DNA of 64,000 nt from Deferribacterales bacterium (GTDB taxonomy: Bacteria > Chrysiogenota > Deferribacteres > Deferribacterales > Geovibrionaceae): contig JBFWMA010000001.1 of assembly GCA_050251875.1 (NCBI GenBank), positions 273,577 through 337,576 on the forward strand, given 5' to 3'. Shown here piece after piece: positions 9,232 to 19,496 of this stretch; within the stretch, counting starts at the first letter, position 1, and the number at the start of each line of letters is the position of its first letter. The notes beneath the pieces are model-generated. The model was not told where the DNA came from. It saw only the letters and a list, made by a program, of their open reading frames with translations, and did not search any database. Both the position numbers and the translations under genes were made by a program.

Positions 9232-11157
9232 TTATTTTACAGGTATGCCTGTAAAGTAGCCTACATGGCCTTCCATATCTTCTCTGGATGCTTTTTTCAG
9301 CAGACCGCTGTTAACTTTTTCGTTTTTAGCGTTAACATAGGCATCCTCGAAGGGGTGCTGTGTGTTCATGAACACATAGAGCATGCCGTCCTTCACTATA
9401 GATGAGAACATACCTGTCACCTCACCGCCTGTGGGTACGGTGGCTATTCTGGTGAGATCTTTGGTGTTGGTGTCGTAAGCCCATACCATGTTGTTGAAGT
9501 GATATTTTGTATCCTCGCCCACTATGAGCAGGTTAAGTCCGGGGAAATATTTCAGGTTGTCGGGGTTGGATATCCTTTCCGGGTCGCAGTAGTTCATGTC
9601 GGCGCCGGGTTCGCCCTCATTCAGTTTTTTACCTGTAAAGATGGCTTCCATACGGGTTCCGGCATAGGCTGTGTTGTTTGCTCCGTCCGCTTTACCCAGA
9701 GACATTTCATAGACGCCGCCGCATTTGTTCTTTTTCAGAGCGATCATGTTCACCGGATCTTTTGACTTGTCCTCCATGGAGGCGTCGATGGAAGACATGG
9801 CTATATAGACTGTGTTTTTGTCTGAGTTGTAAGCCATTCCCTCTTCCTTGCGGAACTCTGTTGTGCCGCCCATGACAGCGCCGTATTTGCGTGATTCGAG
9901 GAAAGCCGCTGCCATCAGCATTTCTTCTTTGCTTTTGAAGACGGGTGAAATTGTTGTACCGTTTGAACCGTCACGGAGTCTGACGCACATGTCTTCAGCG
10001 TCTCCCGCTTTGATATATGAAAAGCCTTTGTCTGTGGGGCAGGTTTTGGGATCTGCCATATCGAACATGTCAGACAGCATGGGCTTTCTTTTGATGATGG
10101 AGTACAGTTCTGAGTTTGTGGCGTGTCCCAGTCTGATCCAGCTCAGGTCAGCCGCTCCGCCGTCGCCGCCTTTTGTCTGGTTCCATTTGGCTATATAGAG
10201 TGTTCCGGCGCTGAAGTCTTTCTCATTGTCCAGAACTGTCATATACAGACCGGTATAAGAGCCGTCATCAGTGGTGAAGACTGTCTTGTTATCAGGCATG
10301 ACCAGAGCCATCTCCGGAGTATGTTTTCCTGTGATGTATATTTTTGTGCCGCCCACTACATAGGGTTTGCCGTTCTTAACGTCTATTTCGGCGTTGTATC
10401 CGTAGTTATAGGGGGTGAAATCCGCTGTGTCGGACATGTAGTCTTCGCTGATGCCTTTCACCAGCTCGCACCACCATTTGTTGTCCGCTTTCTGATCGAA
10501 AGCCGGAGCTGTGTATTCGCCTGTCAGTCTGCCTGACGCGTCTCTGTCGCAGTAGGCGACGTGCTGAGACATATAGCCTTTGGTTGAAGGGTCGAACCAT
10601 ATGGCATCCAGATAGTAGTCCTCTTCAGAAGCCAGATGAGTGTCCCAGGGTGTTTTTGATCCAGCACAGTTGATGAAAGTTCCGCCGACTTTAGAAAAAT
10701 CAACAGGGACAAATTTTTTCGCTGTGAATTTGCCGCCTTTCTCTTCCAGTTCTGCCATGTAGAGAGCGCCGGGAGATTCTTCGAAATGGGTCATGATGTA
10801 ATATTTGCCGTCACGGACAAAGATGGTGTTGGTGTCGGGCTGTGTGCTGACACGTTTTGACCCGTCCTTCATTGTTATGGGCTGTCCGTTCTGGTTGATT
10901 AATGTGCCTACAACGGTGTTTCCGTCTGAGTCATTTGTGCGGTAGATGGTGTTGTAGTCGATATTTATTCTTTTTGTTTTGCCGTTTTCGAAGACGAGGC
11001 TGGCGCCTTTTGTCACTCTGACAGATGTTTTTTCTGCGTCTGTCACGGCAAGCGGCAGTGAGTCGAATCTGACTCCTGATACTTTCATGTCATTGTCGCA
11101 GGCGGTGAGCGTCAGCATGGACAGCGCCGCTGCGGCTGTTATCAGAATCTTTTTCAT
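9232..11157 (-). CDS. phoX: PhoX-family (DUF839) alkaline phosphatase, lipoprotein
   Basis: NCAGSKTPWDTHLASEE, RKEEG, NPDN, GED, GEVTG and QHP motifs; lipobox LTAC. Confidence 0.88.
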   Translation of the reverse strand: MKKILITAAAALSMLTLTACDNDMKVSGVRFDSLPLAVTDAEKTSVRVTKGASLVFENGKTKRINIDYNTIYRTNDSDGNTVVGTLINQNGQPITMKDGSKRVSTQPDTNTIFVRDGKYYIMTHFEESPGALYMAELEEKGGKFTAKKFVPVDFSKVGGTFINCAGSKTPWDTHLASEEDYYLDAIWFDPSTKGYMSQHVAYCDRDASGRLTGEYTAPAFDQKADNKWWCELVKGISEDYMSDTADFTPYNYGYNAEIDVKNGKPYVVGGTKIYITGKHTPEMALVMPDNKTVFTTDDGSYTGLYMTVLDNEKDFSAGTLYIAKWNQTKGGDGGAADLSWIRLGHATNSELYSIIKRKPMLSDMFDMADPKTCPTDKGFSYIKAGDAEDMCVRLRDGSNGTTISPVFKSKEEMLMAAAFLESRKYGAVMGGTTEFRKEEGMAYNSDKNTVYIAMSSIDASMEDKSKDPVNMIALKKNKCGGVYEMSLGKADGANNTAYAGTRMEAIFTGKKLNEGEPGADMNYCDPERISNPDNLKYFPGLNLLIVGEDTKYHFNNMVWAYDTNTKDLTRIATVPTGGEVTGMFSSIVKDGMLYVFMNTQHPFEDAYVNAKNEKVNSGLLKKASREDMEGHVGYFTGIPVK

Positions 11158-11203
11158 GAATATCCTCCGGAGAATAATGGTCTAGCCATTAAACAGCGCT
11201 CAG

Positions 11204-11241
11204 GTTATGTTTTTGTTAAGAAATTGCTATGAATAATTAAG
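11204..11241 (-). promoter_or_regulatory. Pho-box-like direct repeats (CTTAAT/CATAGC/CTTAAC/CATAAC, ~11-bp period)
   Basis: Four hexamers spaced 10, 11 and 11 bp upstream of phoX, as expected for OmpR/PhoB-family sites. Confidence 0.55.
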
Positions 11242-11349
11242 ATTACTATTTCGTTTTTTTTATGTTTTGCTTCAATGCTTTTTTGTTTTCTATGGACGCT
11301 ACGTTTGATATGTATTAAAATATGTAATGCAGACATATCGGAGGCTTAT

Positions 11350-11784
11350 ATGAAGCTTTTAGCGGGTATTTTTATTATACTTATGATTACACTCCCGTCT
11401 TTTGCCGATGAGACGGTGGGAAATATTAAAAAAATGAGCGGAAGTGTTACTGTTCTGAGAGGAGAGAAGACCATCTCTGCTGAGCCTGGAATTAAGCTGG
11501 TGCAGGGAGATATAGTTCGAACTGCTCAGGACTCGTCCGCCGGGATTATATTTAAAGACAGCACCATCTTCTCTCTGGGCGCGGATAGCGAGATAATAAT
11601 AAATCAATACACTTTCAGCCCGAAAGATGAAAAATACGCTTTCAGTATGCACATGAAGAAGGGTACCGCAGTGTATGAGTCCGGCAGAATGGGCAAGCTG
11701 GCTCCGGAAGCGGTTAAGATACACACTCCCAAGGCAACCATCGGAGTACGGGGAACCAAGTTCCTCGTTGAGGTGGAGGAGTGA
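11350..11784 (+). CDS. FecR-domain periplasmic protein
   Basis: Signal peptide; GDIVRT...S and TPKATIGVRGTKF motifs; GGAGG RBS before ATG 11350. Confidence 0.88.
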   Translation: MKLLAGIFIILMITLPSFADETVGNIKKMSGSVTVLRGEKTISAEPGIKLVQGDIVRTAQDSSAGIIFKDSTIFSLGADSEIIINQYTFSPKDEKYAFSMHMKKGTAVYESGRMGKLAPEAVKIHTPKATIGVRGTKFLVEVEE

Positions 11785-12376
11785 TGAGAATATTTTTTCT
11801 GCTGATATCGGTATCTGTTCTCATTCTGGCGGGATGCGCGAAGACCACAGTGGTTCTGCTGCCTGACAGCGCCGGAAAAGTGGGGCAGGTGGATGTGACC
11901 ACTGACGCCGGAACACAGACTCTGGATCAGGAGAATGAGTATACCAGCGTGTCCTCTTCGGGATCGAAGCCGGCTGAGCCTAAGAGCATGGCTCAGGCAG
12001 AGATAGACGATGTTTTTAAAACGCTATGGAGATACTGCCGGAGAAACCTGTGAGCTTTCTCCTGTATTTTAAATTCGACTCTGATGATCTGACGGATGAT
12101 TCAAAAAAACTGATACCGGAGGTGATATCCTCCATCAGAAAACGTGAGCCCAGCGAGGTCAGCGTTATCGGACATACCGACACAATGGGATCAGATGACT
12201 ACAATGTGAAGCTGTCTCTCAGCAGAGCCGAAGGAGTCAGAAAGCTCCTCTGCTCATATGGTATTAATATATCCAAGATGGAAGTGAGCTCTCACGGAGA
12301 GCACGATCCTATAATTAAGACACCCGACAACGTTTCCGAACCGAGGAACAGAAGGGTGGAGGTTATGGTCAGATAA
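11784..12376 (+). pseudogene. OmpA-family lipoprotein split by a 1-nt frameshift at TTTTTAAAA (12013-12021)
   Basis: ORF1 has lipobox LAGC; ORF2 has OmpA C-terminal motifs GHTD..GS..YN..LS..RA and NRRVEV; adding one A gives continuous ...DVFKNAMEILPEKP... Confidence 0.8.
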
Positions 12377-12379
12377 TCA

Positions 12380-14374
12380 TTGGAAACAAAAATCTCAGGA
12401 TGGTTAAGAAAAACCTATTCCGATGACATAGTGAGGAGAAAGATACTTTTCTATACGGGTATTCTCCTTACCTTTGCCGTTTTGGCATTTTCTGTATGCG
12501 GCAAAGAATTCATGACAAAGATCGACTACAAAATATATGATATTATGACGAATCTGGTGCCGGACAAGGCTCCTTCGGATCTGGTATATATCGTGGATAT
12601 CGATGACGCCAGTCTCCAGGAGGTCGGGCAGTGGCCCTGGCCCAGATACAAAATGGCTCAGATGCTTCAGCACATAGCCCGGGACGGGGCGGCCTCAGTA
12701 GGCATCGATTCTGTTTTTGCCGAAGAGGACAGGACTTCCCTTAAAAATATCAAAAAAACATTTTTAGATGATTTCGGAATAGATATCGAATTACCCGCCT
12801 CTGTCAGAGGACTGACTGACAATGACGGATACATGGCATATGTTTTGTCTCAGGGTCCGTTCGTTCTTTCTAATTTTTTTACATTCGAGGACAACGTTTA
12901 TTCTGATCAGTCCTGCACGTTCAATCCCGTGAAGATATACGGCATGACCGGCGCTGAAGACTTTTATGAGGCGAAGGGAATCCTCTGCAACATTCCACAG
13001 TTCAGCGGGGCGGTGGCTTCCGCCGGATTTATAAACGCTCTGCCGGACAAAGACGGCATCATGAGACGCCTGCCTCTGCTGATCAGCTATAAATACGCAG
13101 TGTATCCAAATCTGTCGCTGATGTCATATATGAAAGCCTCCGGAGAAACCGACATAGAAGTGGAGAACTCTTTCAGCGGTATAGATATTCTGGTTCACCA
13201 AAAAAAAGTTCCGCTGAACAGGGACGGCACGGTGCTCCTTAATTTCAATAACGATAAGAAAAGATACAGGTATTTTTCAGCGTCCGATGTTCTCTTCGAA
13301 AGGGTGAAAAAAGATACGTTCAGGGGCAAAATAGTTCTGGTGGGCTCTTCCGCCGCCGGAATGAACGACCTGCACAGCACATCCACACAGGCTTACTGTC
13401 CGGGAGTGGAGGTTCACGCCACCTTTGTGGACAACCTGATAAACGGAACATTCTTCCGAGTGCCTTCATGGTCAGGCTTTATAGGTTTCTTATCCATGAT
13501 GGGGTGGGGATTCATCATCTCATTTTTCTCCGGCAAACTCCGCTCGGTTATGCTCCTTATGATACTTCCGGCGGTTCTGGCTGTTATAGTTGGTTTTTCA
13601 TATGTTCTGCTGAGATTCACGAATATATATATCTCTCCCGCCGGAACGATTATGACCATCTCCGTGACATGGCTGATACTGACCTCTCTGAACTACTACA
13701 TAGAGGAACGCAGGGTGCTGATACGCACCAGGATGCTGTCGGAGACACAGGGAGCCACCATACGAAGCATGGCGAGCGTGGCGGAGACCAGAGACCCGGA
13801 AACCGGCGGGCATATCTTTCGTACACAGCACTATGTAAGGGCGCTGGCTGAGCATTTGGCTTCTAAAGGACTGTTCAAAAACGAGCTGACGAAAGAGAAG
13901 ATAGAGCTGATCTATATGTCCACACCGCTTCATGACGTGGGCAAGGTGGGGATACCTGACGAGATACTGCTGAAACCGGGCAAGCTGACAGATGAAGAAT
14001 TTACGATAATGAAGACACACGCCGCTCTGGGAGCGGAGATAATCAAAAGAGCGGAGTTCGGCATGTCAGAGAGCAACTTTCTGAGATACGCCGGCAGTAT
14101 TGCTCTGTCGCACCATGAGAAATGGGACGGCACGGGATATCCTAACAGTCTGAAAGAGGATGAGATACCTCTCTGCGGCCGGCTGATGGCTGTGGCTGAT
14201 GTTTATGACGCTCTGATATCCAGACGCCACTACAAAGACCCCATGCCACACGAACAGGCCGCCTCAATCATTATGATGGGCAGAGGCACTCACTTCGACC
14301 CGCAGATAGTGGACGCTTTTTTTGAGATAGAAGAGAAGATAATAAGTATCGCTACCAGATATAAGGACGACTAA
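12380..14374 (+). CDS. CHASE2 sensor / HD-GYP c-di-GMP phosphodiesterase
   Basis: IVDIDD..L...GQWPWPR, PGVEVHA, three TM helices; LHDVGK, HHEKWDGTGYP and ADVYDAL motifs. Confidence 0.93.
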   Translation: METKISGWLRKTYSDDIVRRKILFYTGILLTFAVLAFSVCGKEFMTKIDYKIYDIMTNLVPDKAPSDLVYIVDIDDASLQEVGQWPWPRYKMAQMLQHIARDGAASVGIDSVFAEEDRTSLKNIKKTFLDDFGIDIELPASVRGLTDNDGYMAYVLSQGPFVLSNFFTFEDNVYSDQSCTFNPVKIYGMTGAEDFYEAKGILCNIPQFSGAVASAGFINALPDKDGIMRRLPLLISYKYAVYPNLSLMSYMKASGETDIEVENSFSGIDILVHQKKVPLNRDGTVLLNFNNDKKRYRYFSASDVLFERVKKDTFRGKIVLVGSSAAGMNDLHSTSTQAYCPGVEVHATFVDNLINGTFFRVPSWSGFIGFLSMMGWGFIISFFSGKLRSVMLLMILPAVLAVIVGFSYVLLRFTNIYISPAGTIMTISVTWLILTSLNYYIEERRVLIRTRMLSETQGATIRSMASVAETRDPETGGHIFRTQHYVRALAEHLASKGLFKNELTKEKIELIYMSTPLHDVGKVGIPDEILLKPGKLTDEEFTIMKTHAALGAEIIKRAEFGMSESNFLRYAGSIALSHHEKWDGTGYPNSLKEDEIPLCGRLMAVADVYDALISRRHYKDPMPHEQAASIIMMGRGTHFDPQIVDAFFEIEEKIISIATRYKDD

Positions 14375-16179
14375 AGACGGATTCTGGTCACAACTCCGTG
14401 CAGTTTATCCGCCGGCAGTTTGTAGAACTGAACGAATGACGGAGTCACTTTTCTGATGAGAGAATAGAACTTCCACACGGGATTATTGGTCATCAGGTCT
14501 TCCACGCCGTAGAATATCACGTTTTCCTGTATGTCCGCTGTGGACAGTATCTTTTCTATGTCCGGAGAATCCATGTATCCCATCTTGATATCGAACGATC
14601 TCAATCCTTCCGCCAGATCATCACGGAAAGACCAGGAAACGCCGTAAGGCTCGTCTGTGATGGTTATGGAAATGAGGATGTTCTCCTCATAGATGATATT
14701 GTTTATGAACATCGTTTTCGCTATATATGGCGGGATGGCGTTGATGTCTCTGATAAAATACAGACCGGTACCGTTGATTTTGGAAGATCCGGCGAATTTT
14801 TTGTTGTAGTCTATCAGAAAGCTGTCCAGCGCCAGAGGTTTAAGCGATCTGTAGAGTTTTCTGCCTCCTCTGGTATAGACCAGTATCACCACAAAAGGGA
14901 ACATGGCTATAACCAGAGACCAGTAGCCTCCGTGGGGTATCTTAAGCATGTTGGATGACAGGAACAGTATATCTATCAGTGTGATGCCCACAGAAACGGC
15001 TGCCTTTACATAGCTCTTTCTGATGAAGAAGATGAACGACATCATTAACCCGGTGATGGTCATGGAACCTGTCACCGCCAGCCCGTATGCCGCCGCCATA
15101 TGCTCTGAGTTTTTGAAAGTGACCATAGCCAGAAGCACGAATATCAGCAGAAACCAGTTTACTGTCTGGATATATATCTGGGAGCGTATCTCTTTTGATG
15201 TATAGTCCACCTTCAGCATGGGCAGCAGTCTGGTGGTGATAGCCTGATAAATGACTGAGAACATGCCGCTTATCATCGCCTGAGAGGCTATGATGGTGGC
15301 GAGCACGCTGAGTATCAGAAACGGTATATAAAGAAAGCTGACCTGCGAATAAACCATCTCGAACAGGATGTTTTCGCTGGAAGTATTGTTCATCAGAAAA
15401 GCGCCCTGTCCCATATAGCTGAAGAGCAGAACGAAAAAGACCACAGACCATGCTCGTGTGATGGGAGCTCTGCCGAAATGTCCCATATCGGCGTACAGAG
15501 CCTCGCCCCCCGTGGCGCAGAGTATGACCTCTGACAGCACGAAGAACCCCACGACACCGTGTGTCATGACGAATTTCACAGCGTAATACGGATTGACCGC
15601 CTTTAGCACGGAAGGATGCTGGAATATGCCGGCAGCGCCGGTGAGAAGCAGAGCGGCGAACCAGATAACCATGACAGGACCGAAGAGTCCAGCTACTCTC
15701 TCTGTGCCTCTGCTCTGGAGAGAGAAGAGGACTACGGCTATTAGCGCGGCTATCAGTATGAGATATCCCTGAGAAAAGTGGGCAAATGAAGGGATCAGCC
15801 TGATACCTTCCACGGCACTCAGTATACTGATGGCGGGGGTGATGACCCCGTCGCCCACCAGAAGAGAAACGCCGATGAATGTAAGCAGGGTGAAGAAAGC
15901 CACCTTTCTTCCTGATTTCAGTATTGGGTTCAGGATTTCCATCAGGACGATGGTTCCGCCCTCGCCCCGTCTGCTCAGGCTCATGCCCAGCCATGCGTAT
16001 TCCACTGTAACGAGTAAAGTCATGGTCCAGAAGATGAGCGAAAGAACGCCCATGATGTTGACCTCTGTGGGATCCAGTATCAGAAAGATTACAGTGAGAG
16101 TATATATCGGGCTGGTTCCGATGTCGCCGAAAACGAGACCGAGAGATTTTATGACTTTTCCGAAGTCATCTCTGCTCAT
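14371..16179 (-). CDS. kup: KUP/HAK/KT potassium transporter
   Basis: GLVFGDIGTSPIY, GDGVITPAISILSAVEG and EALYADMGHFG motifs. Confidence 0.96.
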   Translation of the reverse strand: MSRDDFGKVIKSLGLVFGDIGTSPIYTLTVIFLILDPTEVNIMGVLSLIFWTMTLLVTVEYAWLGMSLSRRGEGGTIVLMEILNPILKSGRKVAFFTLLTFIGVSLLVGDGVITPAISILSAVEGIRLIPSFAHFSQGYLILIAALIAVVLFSLQSRGTERVAGLFGPVMVIWFAALLLTGAAGIFQHPSVLKAVNPYYAVKFVMTHGVVGFFVLSEVILCATGGEALYADMGHFGRAPITRAWSVVFFVLLFSYMGQGAFLMNNTSSENILFEMVYSQVSFLYIPFLILSVLATIIASQAMISGMFSVIYQAITTRLLPMLKVDYTSKEIRSQIYIQTVNWFLLIFVLLAMVTFKNSEHMAAAYGLAVTGSMTITGLMMSFIFFIRKSYVKAAVSVGITLIDILFLSSNMLKIPHGGYWSLVIAMFPFVVILVYTRGGRKLYRSLKPLALDSFLIDYNKKFAGSSKINGTGLYFIRDINAIPPYIAKTMFINNIIYEENILISITITDEPYGVSWSFRDDLAEGLRSFDIKMGYMDSPDIEKILSTADIQENVIFYGVEDLMTNNPVWKFYSLIRKVTPSFVQFYKLPADKLHGVVTRIRL

Positions 16180-16248
16180 CGGATCCTTGATGTGGTGAAT
16201 GAAATATGTAACGTCATTACCGTATTTTAGTCTTCAGCGTATAAGATG

Positions 16249-18018
16249 TCAATTTTTAAGTTTCAGCGGGAAGGTGATGGTATATTTTGTTCCGCTGTTG
16301 ACGCTGAGCTGAAGGCTTCCGTACAGCTGTTCTGTCAGACTGCTTATCAGCATCATGCCCAGCGAGTCCCGGGTCTGTTTTTTGTTCTGATCTATGCCTG
16401 TGCCGTTGTCGGCTATGGTGAGGACCGCCTGATCGCCGTTCTGTTTCAGGCGGACGGTGATTCTCGGCTGATCAATATCTCTGAAAGCGTGTTTGATGCT
16501 GTTGGTGACTATTTCGTTTATCAGTATCCCGCATGTCACTATCAGATTGTTGTCGATAGCTATGTCGTCAATATCCGTGATGAACTCTATGGGGACGCAG
16601 TCTGCGGAATAGGCTGTTCTGTAATAGGCTGTGAGCTCGTTGAAGTACTGCTTCATGTTCACGGACGACACGTCGTTGGAGCGGTAAAGACACTCGTGTA
16701 TCAGCGCCATGGACATAACACGGGACTGGGCATTTCTGAGAACGTCCTCCGGATCGGAGTGATCCTCGTTTACGGTATCAGCCTGAAGGGAGAGTATGCC
16801 GGACACTATCTGAAGGTTGTTTTTGACCCTGTGGTGCAGTTCGTTCAGAAGCATGCTCTTCTCTTTCAGAGCGTTTGTCAGGTCATTTTCACGCTTGAGT
16901 TTATCGCTGATGTCAAAGAAAGAGATCACGGCTCCTGTCAGGGTGCCTGCCTCCACAACGGGTGCTGCGAAAAGATGCCCGGAGAACTTCGAGCCGTCTT
17001 TGCGGGTGAATGTCTCCACCGAGTCACGGGTTGTTTTATCGGAGAGTGTCTGCATTATGACGCATTCATTCCCTTTCTGCGTTATATCGGGACATTCGCT
17101 GCTGTGCGTGAGTATACCGTGGTTCTGCCCGGTCAGCTCCTGTTCAGTGTATCCTGTGCTGGAGAGCAGGGCGTGGTTGATGAAAGTTATCCTGCCTCCG
17201 GTATCCACTCCGAAGATGGCTTCGCCGGCTGATTCCAGAATAGATGTATTTCGGCTGTTCACCGCCAGTTTTTCTTTTTCCGTATTTTCGATGCGTGTCA
17301 GCATACGGGATATCCCTGTGTAGGCGATTCTGATCAGCAGTATCACCAGCACCCATAGAACAGAGTAGCCTGCGACGGCAGTCATCTGAACATTCCGCTC
17401 GCCGGAGATTATGTCGTCTATATCGGTGACAATGCTGATGCCGCCTCTGATATCGCCGGGTTTATATCCCTGTCTGGCATGGCATTTCAGACACGACTGC
17501 TCTGTTATGAACGGAACCATATACCTGAAGAGGTTGCGTCCGTCGCTTCTGCTGAAGGAATAGACCTCTTTTTCTCCTTCCAATATTTTGTTAAGGGCGT
17601 TTATCTCCCAGTTTTCCGGAGCGTTGATGGGGTTCAGGAGCCTATTGCTGACCAGATGCGTCTGCACGATATTGGAGTCTTTAGAGAATTCGTATACCAG
17701 ACGTGTCATGTAGGCGGGGTTGACCAGAGTAAATTTTCTGCCTTTAGAATCGGTGATGTCCCTGTCCGGAACATGGGAAAGATGCGGGTTCGGCGCTACC
17801 TTATCTGATGGCGTGTAGAAGCCTCCGAGATGGGATATCCATACCCGGTACATTCTGTCCTTTGCCAGAGCGATGCGAGACTGGGCGAGCGCTGTTGTCT
17901 TTATATGGCGCTCCACAGTGTGAACTGTCCACCACAAAGAGACAAAGGCTATCAGTGTCCAGACCATGCTCATCGAAAGAAAATAAAACTTTATCAGTCG
18001 TCTATTATTAAAATACAT
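16249..18018 (-). CDS. Sensor histidine kinase: periplasmic heme-c (DUF3365-like) sensor, PAS and HisKA_2/HATPase
   Basis: NPAYMTR...CLKCH...GDIRGGISI; PAS domain; ELHHRVKNNLQ; DNGTG. Confidence 0.9.
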   Translation of the reverse strand: MYFNNRRLIKFYFLSMSMVWTLIAFVSLWWTVHTVERHIKTTALAQSRIALAKDRMYRVWISHLGGFYTPSDKVAPNPHLSHVPDRDITDSKGRKFTLVNPAYMTRLVYEFSKDSNIVQTHLVSNRLLNPINAPENWEINALNKILEGEKEVYSFSRSDGRNLFRYMVPFITEQSCLKCHARQGYKPGDIRGGISIVTDIDDIISGERNVQMTAVAGYSVLWVLVILLIRIAYTGISRMLTRIENTEKEKLAVNSRNTSILESAGEAIFGVDTGGRITFINHALLSSTGYTEQELTGQNHGILTHSSECPDITQKGNECVIMQTLSDKTTRDSVETFTRKDGSKFSGHLFAAPVVEAGTLTGAVISFFDISDKLKRENDLTNALKEKSMLLNELHHRVKNNLQIVSGILSLQADTVNEDHSDPEDVLRNAQSRVMSMALIHECLYRSNDVSSVNMKQYFNELTAYYRTAYSADCVPIEFITDIDDIAIDNNLIVTCGILINEIVTNSIKHAFRDIDQPRITVRLKQNGDQAVLTIADNGTGIDQNKKQTRDSLGMMLISSLTEQLYGSLQLSVNSGTKYTITFPLKLKN

Positions 18019-18135
18019 GGCTACACATCCTGATATAATAATAACAGAACATGTGGCAAATCACCAAAAAAAAGTATTGAATTTTATTGTTATTTCTAAA
18101 ATATGGTGCATAATAATTTCAAGAGGGCTTTTATT

Positions 18136-18486
18136 ATGGAACTGAAAGAAGCTATAGTGCTTTATGTTGAGGATGAGGCCATCACCCGCATGTACTTCTC
18201 CAGAATGCTTTCAAAGAGGGTGAAAGCTGTGCATCTGGCGATCGACGGCAGAGACGGGCTGGAAAAAGTGGCTGAAACTTCGCCCGACATCATCATAACA
18301 GATATCAACATGCCTGTAATGGACGGACGGGAGATGATCCATCACCTCCGCGTGAAAGGATGCGCCACCCCTGTTATCGCCATCACAGCATATGAATACA
18401 CCAAAGACGATCTTCAGGTGAGCGATGTTATCAGAAAACCCGTTAACATCGACAGGCTCATCACCAGCATGAAGACACTGGTCTAG
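18136..18486 (+). CDS. Single-domain response regulator (CheY-like)
   Basis: VEDE, DINMPVMDG, TA and KP receiver motifs. Confidence 0.92.
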   Translation: MELKEAIVLYVEDEAITRMYFSRMLSKRVKAVHLAIDGRDGLEKVAETSPDIIITDINMPVMDGREMIHHLRVKGCATPVIAITAYEYTKDDLQVSDVIRKPVNIDRLITSMKTLV

Positions 18487-18664
18487 TCTTCCCCTTCTAA
18501 ACATTTATAGCGCAAAATCGGAAAGGATACGGAAGAAAGATATTCACTCCATATACATGCCTTTTGGAAGCATGCATCAGGCATCGGTCTAATACAGCAA
18601 CGGTAATAAGTTTTTTCTGAAGATCACTCCGAATGGCAGTGTCGCCGGACATTTGCTTGCCAGT

Positions 18665-18697
18665 AAAAAAAAGCGGAGCCTGCGCTCCGCTTTTTTT
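18665..18697. terminator. Bidirectional intrinsic terminator
   Basis: A8-GCGGAGC-ctgc-GCTCCGC-T7. Confidence 0.9.
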
Positions 18698-18698
18698 G

Positions 18699-19496
18699 TT
18701 AGTTTATCTTTGTGAGATTTACATCCATCTGCGGGAAAGGAATAGATATGCCTTCTTCGTCAAATCTGTTCTTAACTGTTTCAAGCGTATCGAAATACAC
18801 ATCCCAGTAAAGATCTGAGCTGACCCAGAGTCTGAATGCGAAATTAAGACTGCTGTCTCCGAGTTCCGCCAGAGCTATGGTAACAGCGGGATCTTTCATG
18901 ATTCTTGCGTCTTTTGCGGCTATGTCAGCCAGAATGTCTTTTACCTTTTTGATGTCCGACTTATAGCTGACGCCGATGGTCAGATCCACTCTTCTGGTGT
19001 CCTTAGCGGAATAGTTGGTGATAGAGCCGCTGATGATGCCGGAATTGGGGACAATGATGATTTTGTTGTCAGGAGTTTTCAGCTGTGTTGTGAAGATCCC
19101 GATAACCTCAACTATACCCATCGTTCCGCCTGCCTCTATGAAGTTGCCAAGTGCAAAAGGACGGAATGTGATGATCATAACTCCGGCGGCAAAGTTAGAC
19201 AGTGAGTCTTTCAGAGCCAGACCGACAGCCAGACCGGCAGTGGCGAGCACCGCTACGATGGATGTGGTTTCTATTCCGAGCTGATTCAGCGCCGCTATGA
19301 CAACCACAGTCATAGCTACATAATAGATGATGCCTGAAAGAAAATGTGACAGGGTGCTGTCCATTTTTCCTTTTTCCATCAGAGATTCAGAGAATTTAGA
19401 AAGATATCTAGCCGCCAGGCGACCTAAAACAAGAATTATAACGGCAATGAGAACCTGCCAGCCGTATGTAGCAATATCCGGAAGCATATCGCTCAT
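18699..19496 (-). CDS. mscS: Small-conductance mechanosensitive channel
   Basis: GLAVGLALKDSLSNFAAG, PN..I and GISIPFPQ motifs. Confidence 0.95.
   Translation of the reverse strand: MSDMLPDIATYGWQVLIAVIILVLGRLAARYLSKFSESLMEKGKMDSTLSHFLSGIIYYVAMTVVVIAALNQLGIETTSIVAVLATAGLAVGLALKDSLSNFAAGVMIITFRPFALGNFIEAGGTMGIVEVIGIFTTQLKTPDNKIIIVPNSGIISGSITNYSAKDTRRVDLTIGVSYKSDIKKVKDILADIAAKDARIMKDPAVTIALAELGDSSLNFAFRLWVSSDLYWDVYFDTLETVKNRFDEEGISIPFPQMDVNLTKIN

Noticed and set aside
14942..15994. 350-aa alternative-frame ORF
   Set aside because: Same-strand off-frame ORF within kup; R/H-rich composition typical of shadow frames
16246..17232. 328-aa + strand ORF
   Set aside because: Antisense shadow of the heme-c histidine kinase; no motifs
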